Of a stretch of 64,000 nt of DNA, positions 26,599 to 40,402 are shown piece by piece. Within the stretch, counting starts at the first letter, position 1; each line of letters opens with the position of its first letter. The position numbers were made by a program, and so were the translations under genes. Origin of the DNA: the human T2T-CHM13v2.0 reference genome, Homo sapiens; the NCBI RefSeq assembly GCF_009914755.1, contig NC_060929.1, one strand, 5' to 3'. Under the pieces are notes generated by a model. The model was not told where the DNA came from, did not search any database, and worked only from the letters and a program-made list of their open reading frames with translations.

Positions 26599-26991
26599 GC
26601 TTTCTTTCAATAAACTGGTTCCTAACAATATGCTGCCCTTAGGCGCCATTTCCACTCCTTGAAAACTCCTTTCTGACCAGACTCACTGTCTCCTTAACAC
26701 ACCTGACCAAACCTACCTCCTTGCCTCTGTCAACTTGTACTCCACAAATGCCATGGCTTCTCCCGTCTACCCTGCTGAGTCTCATCCAACCTTCCTACCT
26801 ACTTAAGGCTCAGCTCACCTTGCTGTTCTATGTGTAACTTTTCCTAATCTTTCCCAATATATAGCGTTTTTTCCACTTTTGAATTTCTACAAGTACTTTT
26901 TGTACAATTATCATGCTGGTCCTTTGTTTTCAACTAGACTCCTTGAGTGTCCTACTCCTTGTAACTATTTGCTAATTGATTATTCTTTCAG

Positions 26992-27159
26992 AATCAGTAT
27001 TTCAAGCATCCAAAATGTGTAGGAGAATATGGACCCAAGAACGGAGCAGAGAGACAAATAGAGGAACGGAAAGTTTTGCCTACAACCATGATGTTCTCAA
27101 TGTTAGCTGACTGTGTTCTAAAATCCACTCCAATTCCCATTTTGGGAGTTGCTATGTGA
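26992..27159 (+). CDS. C5orf64: Coding part of last exon of C5orf64-like ORF (NQYFKHPKCVGEYGPKNGAERQIEERKVLPTTMMFSMLADCVLKSTPIPILGVAM*)
   Basis: Branch-like gctaat 26971-26976, tattctttcag acceptor ending 26991, 55 codons then TGA 27157-27159; in frame with exon 10018-10205. Confidence 0.82.
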   Translation, partial: NQYFKHPKCVGEYGPKNGAERQIEERKVLPTTMMFSMLADCVLKSTPIPILGVAM

Positions 27160-27663
27160 TGAAGGTCTGCCCCTGTGGTGTTGGGACAACTTGCTCATGG
27201 AGTTGCAGTTCTTGCCTAACAGGAACCCACCATGGTAAGAAAAAGACTCAAGCTGGTTTATTTGTTTTTAAGGTTGCAAGGTAATCAAGTCCATAACCAC
27301 ACTTGCTCTCACATTTACCAAAATAGGCCAATCTCAGAACTAAATGATAAAAATGAAAATTAATCAGGGACTCCCATGGGCCTCACATATATGGCAGTTT
27401 TGAATCTGTTCTTTTTTTCACTATCATAATTGTTTTTTTAAACTCATTTTCTCTGCTTGAATACACAACTGTAAAAAAAAGTGGGGGTAGTGGTGGTGAT
27501 AGAAATGAATAAACCCATGGAAACAGTGAGACATCTACAGAGACAAAATTAGGAAGGAAGGAAACAAAAGCAATTTCAGTATCTCTGTGCAAGGCCTGCA
27601 TACCTTTCCTTGCCAATACCCGTGGATTGGGCTTGTCTCAGGAGGTAGCAGGTGTTTCCTTGA

Positions 27664-28140
<477 letters not shown>

Positions 28141-29289
28141 CTGTGTCTTTTCTTAATTTGAGCGAACTTAAAGTAAAAACGCTTCTTAACATTATAAAGT
28201 AGGACTATGTCCCCTCCATTGAATTTTTGTAAAAAAGTCGAATAGGGATAGAAAGCAAGCAACCAGATAGAATATCATGCCCCAGAACATCATTTACCTT
28301 GGTAGAACATTACCACTTTAACACATAGAAACCTTTTCACACTAGTTAACAAATAGCATTAAGCATGATTCAAGTCAAGATTTTAAAAACTTGGCTGATG
28401 CCTCTCATTAAGAGTTGAAAACTATATAAGACTCTTGCTCCAGGAAACTGTGTTCTGACATTTTAATAGTATTGCGTTAGCAAGAGCAGAAAATCCATGA
28501 ACTTAGATTCACAGAAAGTAAATCAAGAATCCATCCAAAATGGAGTGCCTCTTGCTGAGTGATGGGATGGTTTTCATGTGAGATGTCAGTGCAGCTTCTA
28601 TACTTGACATAAAAGTTCCCATTAAAAAAAACGGAACTGCTGCTCAATTTTTTTTTCATCAAGCAGAGTTACCTAAAGTGCTTTTTAGAAGAGACTATTA
28701 GGAAAGGAATGGAAAGTAGTCATTATGACTAATCTGCTTTAGGAGTTGGGGTAACCAGTATTACAGGAGGGACTTTCAGAGCCATGGGGACCTTTTAGGC
28801 AACTCAAATTCCTTCAATTGTTTGCAGTGGTCCTCTCGAGGGGTTGTAATGAGTTGACATGCACCAGAACAGATAGAATGCACTGCCAGCTGGTAGTTTA
28901 CTCTTGTACAGGAAGGCTGCTTTTCTAACACACAACTCTTTGTTGTGTTAAAGAGAAATAAATATATAAAAGCCTAAAAGTAAGCTTTCAATTCTTTATG
29001 TCTGGCAAAATTGTCAGTACAATGTGCCTTGAGGATATATCCATGGTGCTGTCTTACAAGGTTATTACGAAAGAATAAGCTCATACTATAATAACCACCC
29101 CATACACTTTACAGTTTATGAAGAACTTACATATACATTTTCTCAGTTGAACCTCACAACATCAGTGGGAGGCAGGGGAGGCAGATATTATTATCTCTTG
29201 AGAGGGAGTGACCCTGCTGCTGCTGCTGTATATGTGTGGCTTTTGGTTTAGGAAGACTAAGTTGATTGTGTTGTATTTTCAAGTATTTT

Positions 29290-29655
29290 ATATCGTACAA
29301 GGATGTTTATTGCAGCACTGTTTATAACAAGGAAAAATTGGAACCTACTCGAATGCTTGCTAATAGGGGACTCATTAAACTATGGTACAAGCTTAGATAT
29401 GACTCTGTAGTCATTAAGAATTTTGATGAGGTATTAGAAAGAAATGTATTGATGTTGAAGTATATTTATTGATGAAGGAAATTGTTCACAATATTTCAGC
29501 CAATAAACAATAGTATATGCATTTTTTTGTAATAGGAAAAAATGCACACAGTAAAATAGTGGTTATCTTTGTGTGCGGTGAATATGTATGATACTTGTTT
29601 TCTTTTTCATGCTCACCTATCAATTCTAATCTTAGTGTCAATAAATATTAAAAAT
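29290..29655 (+). mobile_element. Old L1 (L1ME-like) 3' end
   Basis: aaggatgtttattgcagcactgtttataac...aaattggaacctac...aaactatggtac. Confidence 0.6.
29640..29645 (+). terminator. Candidate polyadenylation signal AATAAA
   Basis: Canonical hexamer at the end of an old L1 3' remnant, about 2.5 kb after the stop codon. Confidence 0.5.
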
Positions 29656-29849
29656 GGACTATCTGACATTTTCAGCGAGATTAACTTTTACAATGAAAGT
29701 TAATGGAAAATATATGGCTCCACCTCTGGGCCTCACGGGTAGAGTGATCTTGGGCATGTAGATGTGTCAGCCATGGTCGTGGCAAGGCCCTGAGTTCAAC
29801 TAGATGGCACAAATTGAGTGTGGATCAGGTGTGTCTTACAGTGCTGTGC

Positions 29850-30240
29850 AAAGGGATAAGGAGCAAACAAGGGTGACAAGGCACCAGACACCAGCAACAC
29901 TGGGAAGCCACGATCACTCCTAGGGCCAAAAGGACAAAAGGAGGAAATAGAGTTACCAAGTTACCAGAGCCCTGGGGACAGGAGTTGTGAACGAACTCCC
30001 CTCATTCCATGGGAGCTACAACAGCAAAGCATCACAGGCTTTGTCAGACACCAGTGAAGACAGGAAGAAGTGCCCTGACCTCTTTCCTCCTGTATTTCCT
30101 GCTGGTGCCTTCTGCTGACCAAGCCCTATGGGAAGCCAGCTGGCAGGAGATTCCTAGAGTCAGCCTCCTGGTGCATAGCAAGGGGCAAAGCAGGGCAAAA
30201 AATGCGTCTGGCCATTGGGGCTGTGCAGCAAACACAGTGA
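29850..30240 (-). mobile_element. Old ERVL-type LTR (LTR33/LTR41-like)
   Basis: cctgctggtgccttctgctgaccaagccctatgggaagccagctggcaggag...gtcagcctcc pattern. Confidence 0.5.
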
Positions 30241-30639
30241 GCAGAACACAGGTCAGTCCCTGAGAGAAAAGGGTGTTTCTTAGGAAGCTGAAACAGAAAG
30301 GAAGAGCCTGTTGGGGCAGGATGGCCTGAGTAATTTGATTTTTTTGCCTGTGCTCAGAGCTTCAAACGTGTGGGAATGGGATCACAGATCACCGAATGCA
30401 AACTGAGAACAAAATTTCTTTATGAAATTTTATGCAGAGATAAAATTGTGTACCTTTGGACCCCAATAATATCATCCTTGCTGCTTGAAGAGAAGAGGGG
30501 ACTGCCAGGGAAAAGAAGACCAAAGTCATCTCAGATGTACCTCACTGCTTCCTGCTGTCCCATCTTTATTCCTATGCTCTCTCTCACTTCAGTGTCTTTG
30601 TCACCAGCCCCACATGATAGCTTAACAAGAGGTAGCATG

Positions 30640-31060
30640 CATCTGGTGAACACTTGCTTAAAGCAAGCAGTGGGGGAGGCACTGTTTGTGGTAGGCACTC
30701 AACATGATTAACTCATTTATTTCTCACAACAACCCTATGAAAAAAGTGACATTGTTCCCCAGTCTACTGAGCAGCTAAGAACATTGATAATGGAGCCAGG
30801 CTGCTTAGATTTGAATGCTGCCTCTGCCATTTCCCAGCTCTGTGACTCAGTTTTCTCATCTGTAAATGGGGATAATAATAGTGTCTACCTACTGGGATGG
30901 TTGTGAGGATTAATTGGAGAAATATGAGTAAAGTGTTCTGAACTGGGCTTCACATAGCAAGCCTAAGTCTCCAGTTCCCACATAAGGAAACTGAGGCATA
31001 GAGATGTTAAGGTACTTGCCTCAAATCATAGGGTTGATAAACAGCAGACCTGGACTCTGA
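30640..31060. mobile_element. Antisense MIR interrupted by a sense MIR (~30770-30960)
   Basis: ctcacaacaaccctatg (antisense) | ctcagttttctcatctgtaaatggggataataatag (sense) | aggaaactgaggcatagagatgttaag (antisense resumes). Confidence 0.75.
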
Positions 31061-32627
31061 CCAGGAAGTGGGGTTCCTTCCTTCATGTGGGCTCTGAACC
31101 ACTATCCAGTATTGCATAAAAGGGCCTTTCCCATTCCCTCCCTGCTACTTTGAGCAGAGAGAATGGGATCACCCTCACTAACTGCCTAAATGAGTCTCTC
31201 ACATTTTGGAACACGCTCCCCACTGCCCAGATGAAGATCTGCAGAAATCTCATCAATGCTTCAAACCGTATTCCTCCAGGGTCACTTCCCACTCGCTCCA
31301 GGCAGAAGGAAGAGTGCAGATCCCCAGCAATGGTCAGCAGCAGATGGGGGCAGGGGTGTAGTGGCTTTTTTGTCTCATCTTCCTTGGGATCAGACAAAAC
31401 GGAGGCTGGAATTGTGAGGTTTTCAAGGCCCAGGTCAGCAGGTGGGTCTTCAGTTTCCAAAATATACACCATGGAGAGTCATGACTAAAGCACACTCCAG
31501 CTCAGCTATCTGCTCTGGGCCAAAATAGGGGATGGGGCAGCCTCCTTCCTTGCATGGAGAATGCCAAGCACATCACCATCATCAGTTAATCCCCTAACCT
31601 ATGTAGGGTCAGGAGCAGTCACCTGGGTAAAATAATGAGGAAAAACCAACATGAAACATCAAGGTAACTGACAGAACTCAGATGGGAATTGAAGAATTCT
31701 TTAAGCCTGGGCCACAGCATGATCTCTCGTGTTCTTTATTTCATTTCTTGAAAACTAGCTTACCTGTATTTCTTTCTTGCCTTCCTCTTAGCCAGGGGCT
31801 TTATAACAAGATTTTTTGTCAGTCTCATCTTTCATTTCAGAGTGAAATATGATCAATTACCAATGACAACAGAACACACTGAAAGCTGTGTCACCAGTGA
31901 GTCAAAAGTCCTCAATGTAATGTCCATGACTTGTTGAAAACACAACAATCAAGTGGCCATTCAACAAATCTCTTTTCCTTCCACTCTTCTTCTTTCTTTT
32001 TTTCTGGCCTCGTATTCAGTGTACATTGAAATAATATGAATGCAACAAGATGTCCTCAATTTCACAGGTGCCTAGTGACCAAAGTCAAAAGAGATTGCCT
32101 AGTGTTCATAGAAAACAGAAACTCTTCCAAAAACATCATGCACCAGTGAAAAGTATATAAGTTTGCAAAATGTTGGTTGGTGCTTCATTTTCTCATTTTA
32201 CTCATCTTCATAAAGTTGCTTTTAGGAAAGGAATCATTTAGTCAATTATAATAGTTCTTCACTGAAACTGAGCTGGGTCACACATACTGCTGAGTGGTGC
32301 CCTGGCTGGAGCCTGGCATCTGGCCTGGTGAGAGTAGGAGGCAATACAGAAGAGGCTCTGTAGACAGTTTCCTTATCTGTCAAATGAAAGGGATAGGCTA
32401 GCCTTAAATAATATGTAAGGTTTCTTTCAACCAAAAAAACATATGGTTTTCTCCCTAGCTCTGGACCTGAGCTATGTTCTGAGTTTTTAATTAATTCAGA
32501 AAATGCTCTTAGCTTTGAACCGAGTGTAGGGGCATCAAGATGTGAGTAGCAGAGATAGGAGAGTAGGTGGATGCTGGGCCTTTGCTGCCCATAGTAGGAT
32601 TTTCTGGTGATTAGAAAATGTGCCCTC

Positions 32628-35056
32628 AATCAGGCAAGAGAAAGAAATAAAGGGTATTCGAATAGGAAGAGAGAAAGTCAAATTGTCTCTGTTTGCAAAT
32701 GACATGATTCTATATCTAGAAAAACCTATTGTCTCAGCCCAAAAGCTTCTTAAGCTGATAAGCAACTCCGGCAAAGTCTCAGGATACAAAATCAATGCAC
32801 AAAAATCACAAGCATTCCTATACACCAACAACAGACAAGCAGTGAGCCAAATCATGAGTGAACTCCCATTCACAATTGCTACAAAGAGAATAAAATACCT
32901 AGGAATAGAGCTAACAAGGGAAGTGAAGGACCTCTTCAAGGAGGACTACAAGGAATAGAGCTAACAAGGGAAGTGAAGGACCTCTTCAAGGAGGACTACA
33001 AACCACTGCTCAAGGAAATCAGGGAGGAAACAAACAAATGGAAAAACATTCCATGCTCATGGATAGGAAGAATCAATATTGTGAAAATGGCCATACTGTC
33101 CAAAGTATTTTATAGATTCAATGCTATTCCCATTAAACTACCATTGACATTCTTCACAGAATCAGAAAAAAACTGTTTTAAAATTCATATGGAACAACAA
33201 AAAAAAAGCCTGAATAGCAAAGACAATCCTAATCAAAAAGCACAAAGTTGGAGGCATCATGCTACCCAACTTCAAACTATACTACAAGGCTACAGTAACT
33301 AAAACAGCATGGTACTGGTACAAAAGCAGACACATAAACCAATGGAACAGAATAGAGAACTCAGAAATAAGACTACACATCTACAGCCATCTGATCTTTG
33401 ACAAACCTGACAAAAACAACCAATGGGGAAAGGATTCCCTATTTAATAAATGGTGCTGGGAGAAATGGCTAGCCATATGCAGAAAATTGAAACTGCACCC
33501 CTTCCTTACATCTTATTCAAAAATTAACTCAAGGTGAATTATAACTTAAATGTAAAACCCAAAACTGTAAGAACCCTAGAAGAAAATCTAGGCAACACCA
33601 TTCAGGATATAGGCATGAGCAAAGGTTTCATGAAAAAAACACCAAAAACAATTGCAACAAAAGCAAAAATTGACAAATGGGATCTAATTAAACTAAAGAG
33701 CTTCTGTACAGCAAAAGAGACTATCATGAGAGTGAACAGACAACTTGCAGAATGGGTGAAAATTTTTGCAGTCTACCCACTTGACAAAGTTCTAATATTC
33801 AGAATCTACAAGGAACTTAAGCAAATTTACAAAAAAAACAACAAACAGCCCCATTAAAAAGTGAGCAAAGGACACGAACAGACACTTCTCAAAGGAAGAC
33901 ATTATGTGGCCAACAAACATATGAAAAAAAGCTCAACATCACTAATCATTAGAGAAATGCAAACCAAAACCATAGTGAGATACCATCTCATGCCAGTCAG
34001 GATGGAGATTATTAATAAGTCAAGAAACAACAGATGCTGGTGAGGCTGTGGAGAAATAAGAAGACCTTTACATTGTTGGTGGGAATGTAAATTAGTTCAA
34101 CCATCCTGGAAGACAGTGTGGCGATTTCTCGAAGACCTGGAACTAGAAATACCATCTGACCTAGCAATCCCATTACTGGGTATATACTCAAAGGAATATA
34201 AATCATTCTTTTTTAATTATTATTATACTTTAAGTTCTAGGGTACATGTGCACAACGTGCAGGTTTGTTACCTATGTATACATGTGCCATGTTGGTTTGC
34301 TGCACCCATTAACTTGTCATTTACATTAGGTATTTCTCCTAATGCTATCCCTCCTCCATCCCCCCACCGCATGACAGGCCCCAGTGTGTGATGTTCCCTG
34401 CCCTGTGTCCAAGTGTTCTCATTGTTCAATTCCCACCTATGAGTGAGAACATGCGGTGTTTGGTTTTCTGTCCTTGTGATAGTTTGCTCAGAATGATGGT
34501 TTCCAGCTTCAACCATGTCGCTACAAAGGACACGAACTCATCCTCAAAGGAATATAAATCATTCTATTATAAAGATACATGCATGCATATGTTGATTGTG
34601 GCACTATTCCCAATAGCAAAGGCATGGAATCAACCCAAATGCCCACCAATGATAGACTGGATAAAGAAAATGTAGTACATATACACCATGGAATACTATG
34701 CAGCCATAAAAAGGAATGAGATTATGTCTTCTGCAGGGACATGGATTGAGCTGAAGCCATTATCCTCAGCAAACTAACACAGGAACAGAAAACCAAACTC
34801 TGTAGGTTCTCATTTATAAGTGGGAGCTGAACAATGTGAACATATAGACACAGGGAGGGGAACAACACATACTGGAGCCTGTGGGGTGGGGGCAGGGGGA
34901 GGGAGACCATCAGGATAAATAGCTAATGCATGCTGGCTTAATACCTAGGTGATGGGTTGATGGGTGTAACAAACCACCATGGCACACTTTTACCTACATA
35001 ACAATCCTGCATATGCTGTACATGTATCCCAGAACTTAAAATAATTAAAAAAGAAA
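32628..35056 (+). mobile_element. 5'-truncated L1PA (about PA8-PA10) ORF2 3' part and 3' UTR
   Basis: ORF2 peptides [30 protein letters not shown]; 15-bp TSD agaaaatgtgccctc (32613-32627) / agaaaatatgccctc (35057-35071). Confidence 0.95.
34210..34542 (-). mobile_element. Short younger L1PA (about PA4-PA6) 3' end nested antisense in the host L1
   Basis: ttattatactttaagttctagggtacatgtgcacaacgtgcagg; flanking direct repeat ctcaaaggaatataaatcattct (34187-34209 / 34543-34565). Confidence 0.93.
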
Positions 35057-35347
35057 AGAAAATATGCCCTCCTTGGGCGGAAGTGCCTCTAGGGCACAGG
35101 GCTTAGTGAGCTGACAGTTCCTCTTATAAATTAGGAACAGACACCCTTCCTCTGTGTAGATGCAGCTTGTGCCAGAGTGCTCTGCTTGGTGAATGAAGCC
35201 CTCACTTACTCTTCAGCCAAGCCCGGTTGGACAGGGCAGCACCTGCGCAACCTACCTGAAGACCAGTGGGATGGGTGCCACAGCCATGAGCAGAATCCTT
35301 TCAAAGCCTCCACAGTACCTAGGCTGGAAGGTACTTGTTAACTAAAT

Positions 35348-35383
<36 letters not shown>
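35348..35383. repeat. (CA)n with embedded (CG)3
   Basis: cacacgcgcgcacacacaca... Confidence 0.9.
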
Positions 35384-36549
35384 CCAATGTGAGTAATTTC
35401 TTGAACTATAACACACAGACTTCTCACTTTACAGAAAAAGCATGCTTTATGAATAAGCACAAGAGAGATAGTGTCTTAGCCTTAGTTTTCCAGAAAGCAG
35501 AGCCTGGTAAAAGTGCATGAATGCAGGTGGTTTGTTTTGGGAAATAGACGCACCAGGAATGGGAGACTGACAGATATCAAAGAGGAGGGAAGGCACTCCA
35601 TTAAACTGGTCCCTATTGTGGTAAGTGGGCCTCCATCCTGCTTGGCTCTCTTAGAAACTATAGAGATTATATCTTAGGACTGTCCTCCCAAAGGACAGAA
35701 GAGAGGAACATTTCCTGGCTTCTGGCATCTATTGGTCAAGGGTTTCCCCTGGAATGCTTACTCCTCAAACATTCTGTGGAAACATGTCGGAATGTAAGTT
35801 GTTGGTGGTGCTAGCAGAGGCATTGGGGCAAGGAAGGCAACCCCATGTCCAGATAAGTGTCTATTCTGGAAAGAATGAATCACTGATCCTTCCAGTGTAG
35901 AAGGCATCTGATGTAAAAAGCCTATCACCAAGTGACTGGCTGGTCTTCTTCAAGACATGTACAACATGGAGTGTTTCACATCAATCTCTCTGGTGAAAAT
36001 CACATATTCAGGACAGCAGTTGCTAGACTGGTCTTGGTGAGATGGCACTAATGCCATTGGGGCCATGCAGAGCCTCTGTCCCTGTCCCATGTTCCCTCTG
36101 TCATGCAGTGGCTAGGGAGAGAGGCTGGCTGGTATCCTTAGTACATCCTGTCATCTCGTTATTCAGTGCCTCACTTGCAGAGGAGGTTCTCTGGTGGGCC
36201 TTGATGTGAGACAGAAATCTACATGCTATGTGTCCAGTGCTATAAGTCCATCTTCTTTGAGGCTTCTGACTCAACCAGCAAGCCATTCGCCACTGCCAGT
36301 GGGTCCAGATATAACCTTAACTCAGACCACTTCTCCTGCCCTACAAAGAGAATGAGCAAGTGCATTGTTCTCAGCTCTGCTTACTGGGAGGGGTAACTTT
36401 CACTGTCCTCAGGGCCACCCCTCCATAGGACTCTAGCCTGGTGGTAGTCACATTTTTCACTACCACCAGCCTATTAAGGCAGCCCATCTATGAACTAAGT
36501 TCAAGTTTTTGTCCTCATTGGTTGGTTATAGGAAATTATAAGACTTTAG

Positions 36550-36829
36550 GCCGGGCATGGTGGCTCACGCCTGTAATCCCAGCACTTTGGGAGGCTGAGG
36601 CGGGCAGATCACCTGAGGTCAGGAGTTTGAGACCAGCCTGGCCAATAAGGCAAAATCTTGTCTCTACTAAAAAAACAAAAATTAGCCGGGCACGGTGGCC
36701 CACGCCTGTAATCCCAGCTACTCGTGAGGTTGAGGCACGAGAATCGCTTGAGGTGGAGGTTACAGTGAGCCGAGATCGCACCACTGCAATCCAGCCTGGG
36801 TGACGGACAGAGACTTTGTCTAAAAAAAA
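36550..36829 (+). mobile_element. AluSx-like element nested in the ERV
   Basis: gatcacctgaggtcaggagtttgagaccagcctggcc; TSD aagactttag (36540-36549 / 36830-36839). Confidence 0.95.
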
Positions 36830-37394
36830 AAGACTTTAGATGTGAACTGAACAAGAGAGGTAGATAACACAGAAATCTAGGGCAGATGGAATTGACTTAC
36901 GCCCTCTGGATCTCTTCTGGCCCATTTCATTGTATGATGGATTGCTGCTGTGCCTGCCCGACATTGTGACCAACACTGTGGATCTGAAAATACTCAGCTC
37001 AACAGGGGTTGCTCTGGATGCATGGTCACTTGATGTCCCATGTGCAGAAGATTCATCTCTGTCAGAGCTCAGGATGGAGCTAATTTTCAAATGGTATGTA
37101 CTTTTCTGTTGGAGAAAGAAGGCCTAGTTCCAGAACCACAGGATCTGTGCTGCAACTCTCCTTACTGAACTTGTCAGAGACTCCATACACATAATGTCTT
37201 TATTTGCAATAAGTAGCACCATTAAGTCTGCTGGCCATCTAGCATGAGTGTCAGAGCCACTTGTATCACAGCCAGGATCTGCTGCAGATCTTACTCTGAC
37301 ATTCAAAACTGGCAGCCTTGCAAGTTACCCAAAAAATAAGTTAGAGCAATATTCCCAAGAGAAGTATTTGCTATCTCTGACTTCTGAATATTTT

Positions 37395-38290
37395 TAAGTG
37401 GCTTTAAAACACCTCAAAATTATTTGACACTCTTTCTATCAAGAGATGGGGTCTATGTCCTATCCCCTGGAATCTGGCTAGGCTTTTTACTGGTTCAACT
37501 AATAGAGTATGGTGAAAGCTACTACACTATATAGTATAGTACTATACTACATAACTTTAGTATACTATAGTATATACTTATGTGTGTGTATATATAAAAT
37601 ATATATGTATATAATATACATACTCACACACACACAATACATATAGTGCAGTACTATACTATATGACTCCTGAGGCTAGATCATAAAAGACCAGGTCACT
37701 TCTTTCTTGTTCAGTAGGATCCTTCCTCTTCCAACTACTTGCAAACTGCTGTATTGTGAAGAGTCTAAACCACATGGAGAGGGTATATGTTGGTGTTCCA
37801 TTCGATGGTCCTCACTGAGCCCAGTCTTCAAGTGACACAGCTTAGGCATTAGAAATGTAAACGAAGATGACTGCAGAAGATTTCAGCCCAGTTTGTGTCA
37901 CCCCCCAGCCATTTGAGTTTTCCCAACTTAGTTTCTAGCCAGCCTTTCTCAACTAGAGTTTTTTTATCTGAGCTACAGAGGACAGAAAATGGTTTGAATG
38001 ACTATTTTCTCAGTTCTACCAAGTATGGCACATCACTATATCATTCTGGATACCTAGGAGAGAAATTAGTTCATTTCATATAATTGGATGCTTTAAGGGA
38101 TTACAGCTGAATTCGATTATGGATGCCGAGTTTAGCAAAGCTGGCAGGAATCTAAAAGTAGAGACAAGACATTCCTGCTGTTCTCTGTCCAGATTCCTGA
38201 CCCACAGAATCCATGGGTTTAGCCGTATTGTGGCGCTTTACATCAGTAAGTTTTGGGGTGGTTTGTTATGTTGCAATAGAAAGCCAGAAT
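37395..38290 (+). mobile_element. MLT1 LTR nested in the ERV, itself interrupted by an AT-rich simple repeat and a probable hAT fragment (~37940-38150)
   Basis: aagagatggggtctatgtcc...cccctggaatctggctaggc; end ttttggggtggtttgttatgttgcaatagaaagccagaata. Confidence 0.7.
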
Positions 38291-40402
38291 AAGGTACAAG
38301 AGCTAACGTCTTGTGCTTTACCTCAAAGACTTTGTGCCAGCATGCCTCAGATTATCGGACTCCTAAAAATGTCACTGATGGGCAGGTTGGGGAATCTTTG
38401 TGAGGTTTTATTCTCACCCCCTGACACTCAAGTTGCTACTTCTGTTTAGCAGGTTAAATCTGCATAATGCCATCAAGATAGTGTGCCAGTATAGTCTATA
38501 TGCCTATGGAATATTAAGACAATTAATATCCCTGCAGACTATTTTGTGACATTGCCCAAGAGGCTTCACATAGCCTTAGGCAAGACTGTCAATGTGTACT
38601 GATGTCCTTCTTACTTAGAAGAGACCTGCTTTTGATCCCGTTTATTGATGAGGATTGAAAAGAACATATTCACCAGATCAATGGCAACATACTGAGTGCC
38701 AGAGGCTGTGTTGGTTTGTTTAGTAAAGATATCCCATCTGGCTCAGCAGCTGAGATTGGAGCTACCACTTGATTAAGTTTATGGTAGTCCACTGTCATCC
38801 ACCATGATCTGTCAGTTTATTTTTCCAAGCACCATACAGGTGAATTATATAGAGAGATGCTGGAGAACATCATCCAGCAGAAATGATGATACCAATTCTC
38901 TTTGCTGGTGGCACTAATTTTCTTTTGGAATAGTGCTAACTTGGGTACAGTCTCCTGACTGGTGGGGTTGTGCTGGATAGTTTCAGAGACTTCCACTTGT
39001 CCCTTCCTACCCTAATGGCTTTTACTCAGTAGGCTAGGGAACCTGTGGGAAGATTCTGCCGCTACTTTGCTTATCCATCCAAATTATTCTCTTGGACAAT
39101 GGGGAAATAACCACAGGTTGAGTTCATGGGTCCATTTGATCCAATTTGAAGTGTGCTTGTGGCAGCTTTCCTTTTTTTTTTCTAATTCTACAAGTCAAGT
39201 ACCACTCTAGTTAGCCATTCATCTGTCTCATCAGTGGGAATACCTTGGTCTCTTAGCCACTGCCACAGGTGCCTGACAGCTGAGGCATCTTCCAATCTGA
39301 TTGTCCATTATAGTAATCATATGTACCTATACTTTGCTACTGTCACTTAAGAATTGCTGCCTGGCCCCTCACATTCCAGAATCCTGTTATCCTGATTGAT
39401 GCTAAGAAGTCCAGTGTTGTAGCAGCATCTCATACTATCAACCGCAGTTTATGAGGGACAGACACCATTGGCACTTCTCAAAAGAAGCCAGTGCTTTCTC
39501 ATCAGTGCATTTCTTATTGCTTTAGTCAAAGGAACACCCTCTGGGACTTCCTGGGGAATACAGACAGATGCAGAATTCTCTGATCTCACTAATAAATCCA
39601 TTTTAACATTTCTATCTCCTTCTGACCCTTCCTTGATAATCCACCAAATTTATTCTAGCAACTCTACCTTATTCACTATTGCCTATTGTGTTCAAGCTTC
39701 AAAGAGTCACCCTACCAATGTGTTAGGACTGGATTCAAATGTTTTTGCCAGGATATTAAATTGAGTCATGGAAGAAGACTTGCATATCAATTAATTCTTC
39801 CTATCCATCTTTATATTCAGGATTTCCTCGTCCAACTCTCTCAAGATGTATTCCCACTTGTGTTTTCCTGGATTCTGCCAGTGCCTGTTTGCTAGGTCTT
39901 GCAAGGCTTTTGGTATAGAAGGAACAGGCATTGTATTTCCTGGATCAGGCTGTGCTGAGACATGACTCCAGCTATTGGTTATGAGAAGAGGGCAAGGTCA
40001 GAATTTGAGGACAAGCATTGTCCTGCAAAGCACTTGCTTCAGCTGAGGCCTTTGCTGCATTTCTGCATAAGAGCAGGCTGTTTAGAAACAGGGAGATGAT
40101 TTTTTCCTTTGAGTCCAGAGTGTTCATAAAGCTGGAGATTTACTATTTGCAGGCTTGTTTACTCAAATATTCTTATTCCAGGTCTCCGGATCCTATTCCT
40201 TTCATATTAGGAGTTTTGACTTTGCAAAGAACATCTGTTGAGGCCGTGCATTCCATTGTCTTTGTAATCCTGCATGACTTAACAGTGAATTCTAGTCTTG
40301 ATTTTCAGCAGAGTCCATCCTGCAACTGCAGAATTTAAGGATATGTTAGGACATTGCCAAGCAGGTTTGATAATCTGGTGGTTAGTTGTCATAAGCCTGT
40401 TT

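Noticed and set aside
32620-34043. Run of RT-like ORFs
   Set aside because: Frameshifted fragments of L1 ORF2; 5'-truncated and not an active or novel reverse-transcriptase system.
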